64,000 nucleotides of DNA from Ignavibacteriota bacterium (lineage in GTDB: Bacteria > Bacteroidota > Ignavibacteria > Palsa-1295): NCBI GenBank assembly GCA_963787835.1, contig CAWBEI010000002.1:1-64000 (forward strand), written 5' to 3'. A program made the translations under genes and the position numbers. Below the pieces are notes generated by a model, which was given only the letters and a program-made list of their open reading frames with translations, did not search any database and was not told the origin of the DNA. Below, piece after piece: positions 51,262-60,141 of the stretch (position 1 is the first letter of the stretch; every line of letters starts with the position of its first letter).

Positions 51262-52398
51262 ATGAGTGAGCGCACCACCATCCGCAAAATATCTTCAACC
51301 GCCGACAAGCGCACGTTCGTGCGCATGATGTGGGACATCTATCGCGACGATCCCCATTGGGTTCCACCACTGGAAATGGATCGGATGAAATTGATCGACG
51401 AGAAGAAAAATCCCTTCTACACTCATGCCGAAACAGGCTGGTGGCTTGCCGAGCAGAATGGCAAGCCAGTGGGACGCATTGCAGCGATCGTCAATCATAA
51501 TTACAATCAGGCACAGAACGAACAAGCTGCCTTCTTCGGATTTTTCGAGACGGTGAACGATGCTTCGGTTGCAAAGGAATTATTTCAAGCTGCGGAGTCG
51601 TGGGTTAAAGAGCGTGGAATGAATGTCGTGTATGGGCCGGCAAATCCATCCTCGAACGACGAATACGGCCTGCTCATCGAGGGCTTCGACCGCCCACCGG
51701 TGCTGCTGATGACGTATAACCCTCCATACTATGCATCGCTCATCGAGCAGAATGGATATACGAAAGCGCAGGACTTATATGCCTATCTGCTTTCGCAAGA
51801 CACCGCGCGTTCGGATAAACTTGTCCGCGTTACGAAGGCAATGGCGGAGCGGAACAAGATCACCGTCCGCGCGATGAATACCAAACAGTTTAACGATGAA
51901 GTGGAACGCATCAAAGTGATCTATAATGCAGCCTGGGAGAACGAAGGCTTCGTCCCATTCACGGATGCTGAAATGGATTTTCTCGCCGCTGACCTAAAGC
52001 AGATCTACGACCCAGAATTAGTGCTGTTCGCTGAAGTGGATGGGAAGACTGTCGGGTTTGCACTTTCGCTCCCAGACGTGAACCAGGCGTTCTACTCCGG
52101 GATGAAGATACCTCGTGGAATGGGAAATCTGCCGGTCGGAATTTGGAAATTGCTGACCAAGAAAAAAGCAATAAATACCATTCGGATTATTGTGCTCGGA
52201 GTATTGAAGGAATACCGCAACCGCGGTGTGGATGCGATGCTCTATGCAGAAACGATGAACGTGGCAAAGCGGAAAGGCTATCACTACGGCGAAGCATCCT
52301 GGGTGCAGGAAACCAACGTTCCGATGAACCGCGCCGCACAAATGATGAATGGGGAGAAGTATAAGACGTATCGTGTGTATAGGAAGAACCTTGTCTGA
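51262..52398 (+). CDS. Bacterial ceramide-synthase-like GNAT acyltransferase (stand-alone)
   Basis: [50 protein letters not shown]; collinear with the C-half of 37337-39775. Confidence 0.8.
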   Translation: MSERTTIRKISSTADKRTFVRMMWDIYRDDPHWVPPLEMDRMKLIDEKKNPFYTHAETGWWLAEQNGKPVGRIAAIVNHNYNQAQNEQAAFFGFFETVNDASVAKELFQAAESWVKERGMNVVYGPANPSSNDEYGLLIEGFDRPPVLLMTYNPPYYASLIEQNGYTKAQDLYAYLLSQDTARSDKLVRVTKAMAERNKITVRAMNTKQFNDEVERIKVIYNAAWENEGFVPFTDAEMDFLAADLKQIYDPELVLFAEVDGKTVGFALSLPDVNQAFYSGMKIPRGMGNLPVGIWKLLTKKKAINTIRIIVLGVLKEYRNRGVDAMLYAETMNVAKRKGYHYGEASWVQETNVPMNRAAQMMNGEKYKTYRVYRKNLV

Positions 52399-52543
52399 AC
52401 CTGGATTTATGGGATTATTGGGATAAATGAGATTGATTTCAAAAATCTAATTCTTTAATGTGCAGATGAATTTTGAAGCATTGTTAAAAATCCCAAAATA
52501 AAATCCCATTCATCCCAATAATCCCATAAATCCAGGTTCAGAC
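52393..52543. repeat. GTCTGAAC...GTTCAGAC palindromic MITE/REP-like element
   Basis: Long terminal inverted repeats gtctgaacctggatttatgggattattgggat / atcccaataatcccataaatccaggttcagac. Confidence 0.88.
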
Positions 52544-53266
52544 ATGGACTATCGCTCCAAACTATACGAACGCTATGTAAGCACGTTCAAACAGGAGAAC
52601 GCTTCGCTTACATCTGCGGAGCTTGCACATTATTATCGGTGGTGCGATGCACGATACTTCCCTGTCCTTCGAAATCTCGAAAGAAATGCTTCCATTCTCG
52701 AATTAGGCTGCGGGCACGGACGCATTTTAAACTACCTTCGCACAAAAGGATTTACGAATGCAAAAGGCATCGATATTTCCGAAGAGCAGATCGCGCTCGC
52801 CCGTAAAGATAGTTTGAATGCAGAACGAGCTGACGTGTTCGAATATCTCAAAAGTCAACCATTGGCGAGTCTGGATTCCGTTATTGCTATCGACTTCGTC
52901 GAGCATTTTACGAAAGAAGAGCTATTACAATTATTCAAGATAGTACACTCGGCGATGAAACCGAACGGAGTGCTTCTGCTCCAGACCGTGAACGGAGAAG
53001 GATTATTCCCTCGTCAGATCATGTATGGAGACCTCACCCATTCTACGATCCTCTCCCCCGGCTCAATGGGCCAGCTCCTTAGCGCAGTAGGATTCCATGA
53101 CGTAAACTATTTCGAATGTGCTCCACTGCCACACGGCTTAAAAGGAATGTTGCGGTCGGTTGCCTGGAAAACGATTCGCGCCGGAGCCAATGCCATTCGA
53201 AAGATCGAATCCAACAAGACCCAATCCGTCTGGACGGAAAATTTTATTTGCTCCGCGATTGTGTAG
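52544..53266 (+). CDS. Class I SAM-dependent methyltransferase
   Basis: ILELGCGHG, GIDIS, DFVEH, KPNG, YGDLTH. Confidence 0.9.
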   Translation: MDYRSKLYERYVSTFKQENASLTSAELAHYYRWCDARYFPVLRNLERNASILELGCGHGRILNYLRTKGFTNAKGIDISEEQIALARKDSLNAERADVFEYLKSQPLASLDSVIAIDFVEHFTKEELLQLFKIVHSAMKPNGVLLLQTVNGEGLFPRQIMYGDLTHSTILSPGSMGQLLSAVGFHDVNYFECAPLPHGLKGMLRSVAWKTIRAGANAIRKIESNKTQSVWTENFICSAIV

Positions 53267-53320
53267 CCGTACCCTTTAGGGTAGGAGTGATCGACACCGT
53301 ACCCTAAAGGGTACGGCTAC
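53263..53320. repeat. GTAG-type REP inverted pair
   Basis: gtagccgtaccctttagggta ... taccctaaagggtacggctac. Confidence 0.8.
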
Positions 53321-53362
53321 CATCGAACATAAAGGCGCGCTCAACTTGTTTGTGCCCTGAAC

Positions 53363-54334
53363 ATGACCATCCCTGAGCTTGCTGCACAAGTAAAAATTCG
53401 TGACCGCCGTGCCATTGCGCGCGCGATCACTCTTGTCGAGAATGACGCGCCGGAAATGCCGAACTTGCTCCGCAAACTTGCGCCGCAGATGGGCCATGCG
53501 TATCGCGTTGGCATTACTGGCCCTCCCGGCGCAGGGAAATCCACGCTGACGGCTGAACTGGCAAAGCTTCTTCGCTCTCAAAACAAGACGGTAGGCATTA
53601 TTGCCGTCGATCCTACCTCGCCATTCACAGGTGGCGCATTGTTGGGCGATAGAATCCGTATGCAGGAGATCGCGATGGATGATGGCGTGTTCGTTCGCTC
53701 GATGGCTACGCGCGGTTCCCTCGGCGGCCTTTCTGCCAAGGCAAAAGATGCCGCCGATGTGCTCGATGCAGCCGGTTTCGATTTTGTAATTTTCGAAACC
53801 GTTGGCGTCGGACAATCGGAACTGGATATAGCAAAAGCAGCAGATACGACTGTTGTTGTGCTTGTGCCGGAATCCGGCGATGCTGTGCAGGCCATGAAAT
53901 CCGGGCTGATGGAAATTGCAGATTTCTTTGTCGTCAATAAAAGCGATCGCGAAGGTTCCGAGCAAGCCGTCGCGGCGTTGAAAGCAATTCTGAGTTTTCG
54001 AATCACCCATGCCGATGATGAATGGATCCCGCCTGTTGTAAAAACAACTGCAAGCAAGAACGTTGGCATTGATGAAGTGCTTCGGGAGATCGAAAAGCAT
54101 CGTAATTATTTAGAGACCACAGGGCAGATCATCACGCGCCGCAAGTCCCGCGAACGGGAGCGAGTCCGAGAATTAGTGGAAGCAATGCTCCGCTTTGATT
54201 TCTGGAGCGAGAAGCGCCGCGAACAGCTCGAATCGGAGATCGATCATATTATCAGCCATGAGAAAACAGGCTTCGATGTTGCTACCGAATTGCTTGCTGA
54301 TGCTTCCGTAAATCTCAATACTTCTCTCCGATAA
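53363..54334 (+). CDS. meaB: Methylmalonyl-CoA mutase-associated GTPase MeaB
   Basis: GITGPPGAGKST, AVDPTSPFTGGALLGDRIRM, ETVGVGQSE, NKSD. Confidence 0.93.
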   Translation: MTIPELAAQVKIRDRRAIARAITLVENDAPEMPNLLRKLAPQMGHAYRVGITGPPGAGKSTLTAELAKLLRSQNKTVGIIAVDPTSPFTGGALLGDRIRMQEIAMDDGVFVRSMATRGSLGGLSAKAKDAADVLDAAGFDFVIFETVGVGQSELDIAKAADTTVVVLVPESGDAVQAMKSGLMEIADFFVVNKSDREGSEQAVAALKAILSFRITHADDEWIPPVVKTTASKNVGIDEVLREIEKHRNYLETTGQIITRRKSRERERVRELVEAMLRFDFWSEKRREQLESEIDHIISHEKTGFDVATELLADASVNLNTSLR

Positions 54335-54343
54335 TTCCCGGCC

Positions 54344-55744
54344 ATGAACTTTTATTTCATCGGAATCTGCGGCTCGGCGATGGGAAATGCCGCGCTGCTC
54401 ATGCGCGATCTGGGGCATGACATTTCTGGCTCGGACGATAATATCTATCCGCCGATGTCCCTGCTGCTTGCAGAGAAAGGTATTAATATCTTAGCCGGTT
54501 ACCACGCAAAAAATTTGGATGGATTTAATGGGACGGTTGTGATCGGCAATGCGATGTCGCGTGGGAATGAAGAAGTAGAAACAGTGCTCGAACGGCGAAT
54601 ACCATTTGTATCAATGGCGGAATTATTAGAGCATGAGGTTATTCAGGGGAAAACTTCGATCGTGGTATCTGGAACACATGGAAAATCGACAACGTCATCG
54701 CTTATGTCGTGGGTATTGCAATCGAGCGGACGTGAACCATCCTTCCTCATCGGCGGTGTTCCTGAAAATTTTGGGCAAGGTTACCAGGCTCGGCCTGAGA
54801 GCGAGTTTGTTGTGCTCGAAGGCGACGAATACGATACTGCCTTTTTCGACAAACGTTCGAAGTTCCTGCATTATCTCCCTACGACGCTTATCATTAATAA
54901 TATCGAGTTCGATCACGCCGATATATTTGCATCGCTGGATGAGATCAAACTTGCATTCAAACGCCTGACCCTTCTCGTGCCACGCAACGGCCTTATCATT
55001 GCAAATGCGGATGATGCGAATGTGGCGGAAGTTGTGCAAAACTCATATGCGCCTGTCGTTACGTTCGGCGTTTCTCCCAATGCCGATGTCCGAGCAGAGA
55101 ACATCCAATATACTGATCATTCCTCCATCTTCACTTACGTTAAAAAGGGTGAACCTGTCACTTCGTTAGAAATTCCGATGCTCGGCGAGTTCAATATTCG
55201 CAATGCATTGGCAGTAGCAGTAGCCGCACGGCATCATGGCATTTCATTCGAGGACATTCAGAAAGCATTCACCTCGTTCAAGAGTATCAAACGTCGTATG
55301 GAATTCAAGGGAGAATTCGGTGGCGTGAAAATATATGATGATTTTGCACACCATCCGACCGCTATCAAAGCAACGCTTCATGCACTTCGTCAGAAATATC
55401 CGAGAGAACGAGTGATCGCAATTTTCGAGCCACGCTCCAACACCACACGCCGAAATATCTTCCAGAAAGAGTTGGCGGAATGCTTCGACGATGCGAACGT
55501 CATATTTATTTCCCAGATCGCGCGATTGAATTTGCTCGCTCCCGAAGATCGGCTCAATCCGGCGCTCGTGATGGAGGATCTAAAAGCGATGGGTAAAGAA
55601 GCATATTACTTGCCGGATGCAGCTTCCATCGCAGAAGGCGTTGCACGGATCGCAAAAGCCGGCGATGTTGCCATTGTGATGAGTAATGGGAGCTTCGGCG
55701 GAATTCACGATCTGTTAAAACAGGAATTATTGTCTGAACCATGA
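54344..55744 (+). CDS. mpl: Murein peptide ligase (UDP-MurNAc:L-Ala-gamma-D-Glu-mDAP ligase)
   Basis: GICGSAMG, YPPMS, GTHGKSTT, EGDEYDTAFFDKRSKF, DDFAHHPTAI, FEPRSNT, MSNGSFGG. Confidence 0.93.
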   Translation: MNFYFIGICGSAMGNAALLMRDLGHDISGSDDNIYPPMSLLLAEKGINILAGYHAKNLDGFNGTVVIGNAMSRGNEEVETVLERRIPFVSMAELLEHEVIQGKTSIVVSGTHGKSTTSSLMSWVLQSSGREPSFLIGGVPENFGQGYQARPESEFVVLEGDEYDTAFFDKRSKFLHYLPTTLIINNIEFDHADIFASLDEIKLAFKRLTLLVPRNGLIIANADDANVAEVVQNSYAPVVTFGVSPNADVRAENIQYTDHSSIFTYVKKGEPVTSLEIPMLGEFNIRNALAVAVAARHHGISFEDIQKAFTSFKSIKRRMEFKGEFGGVKIYDDFAHHPTAIKATLHALRQKYPRERVIAIFEPRSNTTRRNIFQKELAECFDDANVIFISQIARLNLLAPEDRLNPALVMEDLKAMGKEAYYLPDAASIAEGVARIAKAGDVAIVMSNGSFGGIHDLLKQELLSEP

Positions 55745-55839
55745 TTTATGAGATTTTAAAGATCTTTCATCTGTTTGATATTTCATCCATTTACTCTTCA
55801 TCCATTTACTCTATAAAACTCATAAATCACGGTTCAGAC
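55732..55839. repeat. GTCTGAAC...GTTCAGAC element with an internal 15-bp tandem duplication
   Basis: gtctgaaccatgatttatgag ... ctcataaatcacggttcagac; ttcatccatttactc occurs twice. Confidence 0.85.
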
Positions 55840-55847
55840 CAACATCA

Positions 55848-56558
55848 ATGAACATTAAGACGGAATCCATCATCCTTCAATCGGACGGCAGCGAGATGGG
55901 TGTTTATATCGCCCGCCCTGAATCGGAACGCGCACCCGGCCTCATTGTTTTTCAGGAAGCCTTTGGCGTTAACGATCACATTAAAGATGTCACCCGCCGG
56001 TTTGCCGACCAAGGGTATGTGGCCGCAGCGCCGGAGCTATTCCATCGCACGGCTCCGCTGGGATTCACTGGCAGTTACGCGGATTTCCCTTCGATCGCTC
56101 CGCATTTTCAAGCTATCACAACCGATGGTATTGCCAACGATGCGAGGGCTGTCTATGATTGGTTAGTGAACGATTCCCAAGTGGACAGCACGAATATCGG
56201 CTCTATCGGATTTTGTGTGGGCGGACGCTGTTCGTACATTGCGAATGCGACACTTCCCCTTCAGGCTGCGATTTCGTTTTACGGAGGCGGTATTGCTCCA
56301 GACTTGCTTGATCTCGCGCGCGATGAATCGGGTCCGATCTTGTTTTTCTGGGGCGGCCTCGATCAGCGCATCGGTCCGGAACACCGCAATGCCGTTGCCG
56401 ATGCAATGACCAAAGCGGGAAAGCCCTACATCCATGTAGAAATTTCGGATGCCCAGCATGCATTCTTTTGTGACGCACGGCCTGCTTACAATCCTATCTC
56501 TGCGAAGCACGCGTGGGCGTTGACCCTTTCCTTCTTAGACACCTATCTTAAAAGTTAA
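55848..56558 (+). CDS. Dienelactone hydrolase family protein
   Basis: QEAFGVN, GFCVGG, FYGG, D and HAF triad residues. Confidence 0.92.
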   Translation: MNIKTESIILQSDGSEMGVYIARPESERAPGLIVFQEAFGVNDHIKDVTRRFADQGYVAAAPELFHRTAPLGFTGSYADFPSIAPHFQAITTDGIANDARAVYDWLVNDSQVDSTNIGSIGFCVGGRCSYIANATLPLQAAISFYGGGIAPDLLDLARDESGPILFFWGGLDQRIGPEHRNAVADAMTKAGKPYIHVEISDAQHAFFCDARPAYNPISAKHAWALTLSFLDTYLKS

Positions 56559-56570
56559 CGTACTACCCTT

Positions 56571-57491
56571 ATGGTTACAACGTTCTCCTCCGATCAACTA
56601 AGAACGATCGGCCCGCGAACCCTTTCGGATGAGTTAGAAAAAGGGCACATTGTTGAATTCCCGGAAAGCCCCGTCCCACTTCCGAGCGAGACGGACATGA
56701 ACTTTCTTCGAAACGAAATGCCACGCCTGATCACGCTTAAGAATGTGAGTTATCATCCGGAAGCCGGAAAGATCGCGGGATTGAATGGAAGCTCTGAAAC
56801 CGTGGAACGCGTGACAAGTATTCTGAAGGTGCACAACGAGCTCGTCCAAAGCTTTCTGCGCCGTGCGATGCCGGAGCTTACCGCTAATTGGACGGTGGGA
56901 ACTTCAAGCTTTCGTCCACTTGAAGAAAAAGGCCGTCACCTGAGTGCGCACGCCTCGAACGAACTCGTCCATGTCGATGCGGGAGCCTACGGTGCAACGC
57001 AAGGCAACCGAATCCTTCGTTTCTTTATGAATATCAATCCTGCCAAAGATCGAGTGTGGATCACCAAAGGCGATTTTTCCGAGCTGTATCGCCGGTATGG
57101 AGACGCAGCAGGCATAGCGGCGCATGCGCCCCGCTCTCTTTCCAAAAATGTATTCAATCAACTCTACTCCGGTGTGTTAACCACCGCAGAAAAAGCAGGA
57201 ATTCCTCGCGCCAGACTGATCGATACTTCGCCCTACGATCGGCTTATGCGACGCTTTCATAACTACATGAAAGACACTCCCGCATTTCAGAAGACACCAG
57301 AAGGCCATCAGGAATTTCGCTTCAAGCCGTTCAGTGCCTGGATGGTCTTTACCGACGGCGTAAGCCATGCGTGTATCGAAGGCCAATTTGCGTTTATCGA
57401 TACGTTTATCATTCCCGTGGCAAATGCGGCGCACCCTGAACTTGCTCCGATCAATGTGCTCAAGTTCCCAGTCGGGGTAAGCCTCAATTGA
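56571..57491 (+). CDS. Kdo hydroxylase family (KdoO-like) Fe(II)/2-oxoglutarate dioxygenase
   Basis: KNVSY, TSSFRP, HVDA...RILRFFMNINP, SPYDRLMRRFHNYMK, FTDGVSHA...GQF. Confidence 0.85.
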   Translation: MVTTFSSDQLRTIGPRTLSDELEKGHIVEFPESPVPLPSETDMNFLRNEMPRLITLKNVSYHPEAGKIAGLNGSSETVERVTSILKVHNELVQSFLRRAMPELTANWTVGTSSFRPLEEKGRHLSAHASNELVHVDAGAYGATQGNRILRFFMNINPAKDRVWITKGDFSELYRRYGDAAGIAAHAPRSLSKNVFNQLYSGVLTTAEKAGIPRARLIDTSPYDRLMRRFHNYMKDTPAFQKTPEGHQEFRFKPFSAWMVFTDGVSHACIEGQFAFIDTFIIPVANAAHPELAPINVLKFPVGVSLN

Positions 57492-58540
57492 TTGTACCGG
57501 CTCCAAAGCGAATTCTTCTCGTGCGCCTTGGCGGTATTGGAGATGTGGTCTGCACATTGCCGGCGCTTGAGTCGTTGCGAGATGGCATTCCTGACGCATT
57601 TATCGGTTATGCCGTCGAAGAACCGGCTTTTCCTCTCGTGAAGGGACATCCGGCGTTGGATACCGTGCATTTGTTCCCACGCCGGCGATTAGTCCGTGAG
57701 TTGGAAAACCCACTTCGTTGGGGATCTATCTTTTCGGATATTCGTGCGTATCGGCGATCATTGCATAAGGAGCATTACGATGTCGCGCTTGACTTCCAAA
57801 GGAATCTCAAAGGAGGAGTTCACTCCCTTGTGAGCGGCGCGCGAATGCGTGTTGGATTTACTTCCCCAACCGCTCAGGAATTCAACCATTATTTCCATCA
57901 GATCAATATCGATCCAGCGCCTGCCGAGCATTGGGTAGATAAATTTCTCGCGCTTGCAAAATCCATCGGCGGAAAACCGGAAGCCGCTCGCTACCGCCTG
58001 CCCGAATCACTGGAAAGCCTTGCACGCATCGAGGCATTCCTCATCCAAAACGAGCTGACATCGTTCATTGCAATGCATCCAAGCTCCAGTGGTTTCGATC
58101 CCAACCGCTTGTGGGAACCCGCACGATTCGGAGCTTTGGCCCAAAGAATTGGCGAAGAATTTGGGATGAAAACCGTGGCTACATGGGGTCCCGGTGAACG
58201 CATGCTCGCGGAAAAGGTAGTTCACGAAAGCGGCGGACACGCGATACTCTCATTGGAAAGCCGTTCCTTGCTCGATCTGGCAGAACTCTATCGCCGTGCT
58301 CAAATCTATCTCGGCTGTGATACCGGCCCGATGCATCTCGCCACAGCCGTAGGCTTGCCAAGCGTCGTTCTGTTTGGTTCTGGAAACCCTTCGGCGTACG
58401 GCCCACGATCTCCCGGCAGCCGCATTGTTGCAAAGTTTGTGGATGGCAAACTTCGCCCAATGTCCGATCTCACCGTTGAAGACACCTTTACTGTTGCGTG
58501 CGAAGTTCTTCGTTCGCATCGCTCGGTAACAGTTACATAA
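57488..58540 (+). CDS. GT9 (LPS heptosyltransferase-like) glycosyltransferase
   Basis: RLGGIGDV, YDVALDFQ, WGPGE, GCDTGPMHLA, LFG. Confidence 0.92.
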   Translation: MIVPAPKRILLVRLGGIGDVVCTLPALESLRDGIPDAFIGYAVEEPAFPLVKGHPALDTVHLFPRRRLVRELENPLRWGSIFSDIRAYRRSLHKEHYDVALDFQRNLKGGVHSLVSGARMRVGFTSPTAQEFNHYFHQINIDPAPAEHWVDKFLALAKSIGGKPEAARYRLPESLESLARIEAFLIQNELTSFIAMHPSSSGFDPNRLWEPARFGALAQRIGEEFGMKTVATWGPGERMLAEKVVHESGGHAILSLESRSLLDLAELYRRAQIYLGCDTGPMHLATAVGLPSVVLFGSGNPSAYGPRSPGSRIVAKFVDGKLRPMSDLTVEDTFTVACEVLRSHRSVTVT

Positions 58541-58600
58541 TCTGAATGGAATTGGCCATGCACCCGTAACGTTGAATGGGAAACATTTACATCACGTACG

Positions 58601-59416
58601 GTGCGAAAACATTCCGAGCTATCCAGTATTTCCCTCCCGCTTTCAACGACCGATCCTCTTTCCATTTCAGACATTCTTCGAACGCCCTTACCCGAAGCTG
58701 CAAGAATTGACCGTTTCTTAATACGCAGCGGGATACTCTTTACCCGGCATCTCGTTGTTCAAATCGAAGGTTTAGACACTATCGTAACGAGCAACGATCC
58801 ATTCATCCTCGTCGCGAATCATAGCCAGCGTTTAGAGGCGATCATGCTTCCAGCACTCGTTGCATTCCATCGCAAAGGTAATTTCATTGAATTTCTTTCA
58901 GACTGGAATTTCCACTTGATACCAGGAATAGGTTTCCTTTTTCGAAGAGCCCGGACCATCCCGGTGGGTATCAAACCCGCCAGACCTAAGTTCCTCAATT
59001 ATTTCAAACGGTTTATTGTACGCGGAGTGCATGGGTTCGCGTTTGCAAAAACACGCTTACAAGCGGGGGCAAGTATAGGAATATTTCCGGAAGGAACCGT
59101 CAACAGGAACCCACGTGAACTTTTACGCGGCCAGCTTGGCGCGGCCCGGCTTGCCATCGAGACCGGCGTGCCACTTATTCCTGTAGGGATACGCTTTCCG
59201 GAGCATCAACACGGGAATAAGATTCCCGATGTCGCGCCCTTGTCGATCCACATCGGCACTCCGATCTATCCGCCAAAAATCGAGAACCCGGAGCGTTCGG
59301 ATCTTCTTGCCTTGCATCACACGATGATGCAGCAGATCTCAATTTTGTCACACAAGCATTGGCATCCACAATCATCAAGGAGAACATCGTATGATAAACT
59401 CACGAATCAAGATTGA
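58601..59416 (+). CDS. PlsC-family lysophospholipid acyltransferase
   Basis: VANHSQRLE (HX4E), IFPEGT, GAARLA, PLIPVGI. Confidence 0.88.
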   Translation: MRKHSELSSISLPLSTTDPLSISDILRTPLPEAARIDRFLIRSGILFTRHLVVQIEGLDTIVTSNDPFILVANHSQRLEAIMLPALVAFHRKGNFIEFLSDWNFHLIPGIGFLFRRARTIPVGIKPARPKFLNYFKRFIVRGVHGFAFAKTRLQAGASIGIFPEGTVNRNPRELLRGQLGAARLAIETGVPLIPVGIRFPEHQHGNKIPDVAPLSIHIGTPIYPPKIENPERSDLLALHHTMMQQISILSHKHWHPQSSRRTSYDKLTNQD

Positions 59417-60098
59417 CGCCATTCGCGCAGAGGACGAAGGAGCGCGCCAGGCCGCACTTACCGTATTGAGAGAAACTTACCGTAACGAAAAACATTGGAC
59501 ATCGGACGAACAAACCCTGTTCCATGAATCGGACTTGACCGATCCAAACGTTTCCTGGTTTGTTGCCTTTGCCGATTGCGAACCGGCAGGAGTGCTGCGC
59601 GTGCTCTACGATCCGCCGCTCGAGCTCTATATGAAGTATGGTTTCGAGCGCATCGGCTCGGAAGAATTGAATGTCGATGATTTCCTTGCCAACAACAAAA
59701 TTGCTGAGATCGGACGATTAGCTGTTGTGCCCAAATTCCGTACGAAGATCACGACCGTCGCGGCGCTCATTCGCCCTGCCATCAAAGATGCGGTTACTCG
59801 CGGGTATTCCCATTATATTACGGACATTTTCGAGAACGAACAGCATAATCCATATCTGTTTCACACCAGAATTCTTGGGTTCACACCGATTGCGACCCAT
59901 GCATCTGGTGAACTTTCCGCGCTCAATCGCCGCATTACGCTGATCCTCAATATCAAGGCCAGCTATCTGCGTCTGAAAAAGAACGGGAATTGGATCTACC
60001 GGTATATCACCGAGGGGTGGGATGCCAAGCTCCATGAGCAAATATCCAGCGATCTTCGCGAGACAGGCAGAGAAACGGCCGCTCTCGGAATTCGTTAG
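59391..60098 (+). CDS. GNAT-fold acyltransferase (N-acyl amino acid synthase/FeeM-like)
   Basis: AGVLRV, IAEIGRLAVVPKFR, RILGF; overlaps the plsC-like gene. Confidence 0.65.
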   Translation: MINSRIKIDAIRAEDEGARQAALTVLRETYRNEKHWTSDEQTLFHESDLTDPNVSWFVAFADCEPAGVLRVLYDPPLELYMKYGFERIGSEELNVDDFLANNKIAEIGRLAVVPKFRTKITTVAALIRPAIKDAVTRGYSHYITDIFENEQHNPYLFHTRILGFTPIATHASGELSALNRRITLILNIKASYLRLKKNGNWIYRYITEGWDAKLHEQISSDLRETGRETAALGIR

Positions 60099-60141
60099 CA
60101 ACCCTTCACTGTTGCAATAGGCTCGTTAACCTAATTGCAAC

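Noticed and set aside
53276-54100. Long antisense ORFs (also opposite typA, ompA and the chelatase-like gene)
   Set aside because: Shadow frames of well-supported genes, with no recognisable motifs.
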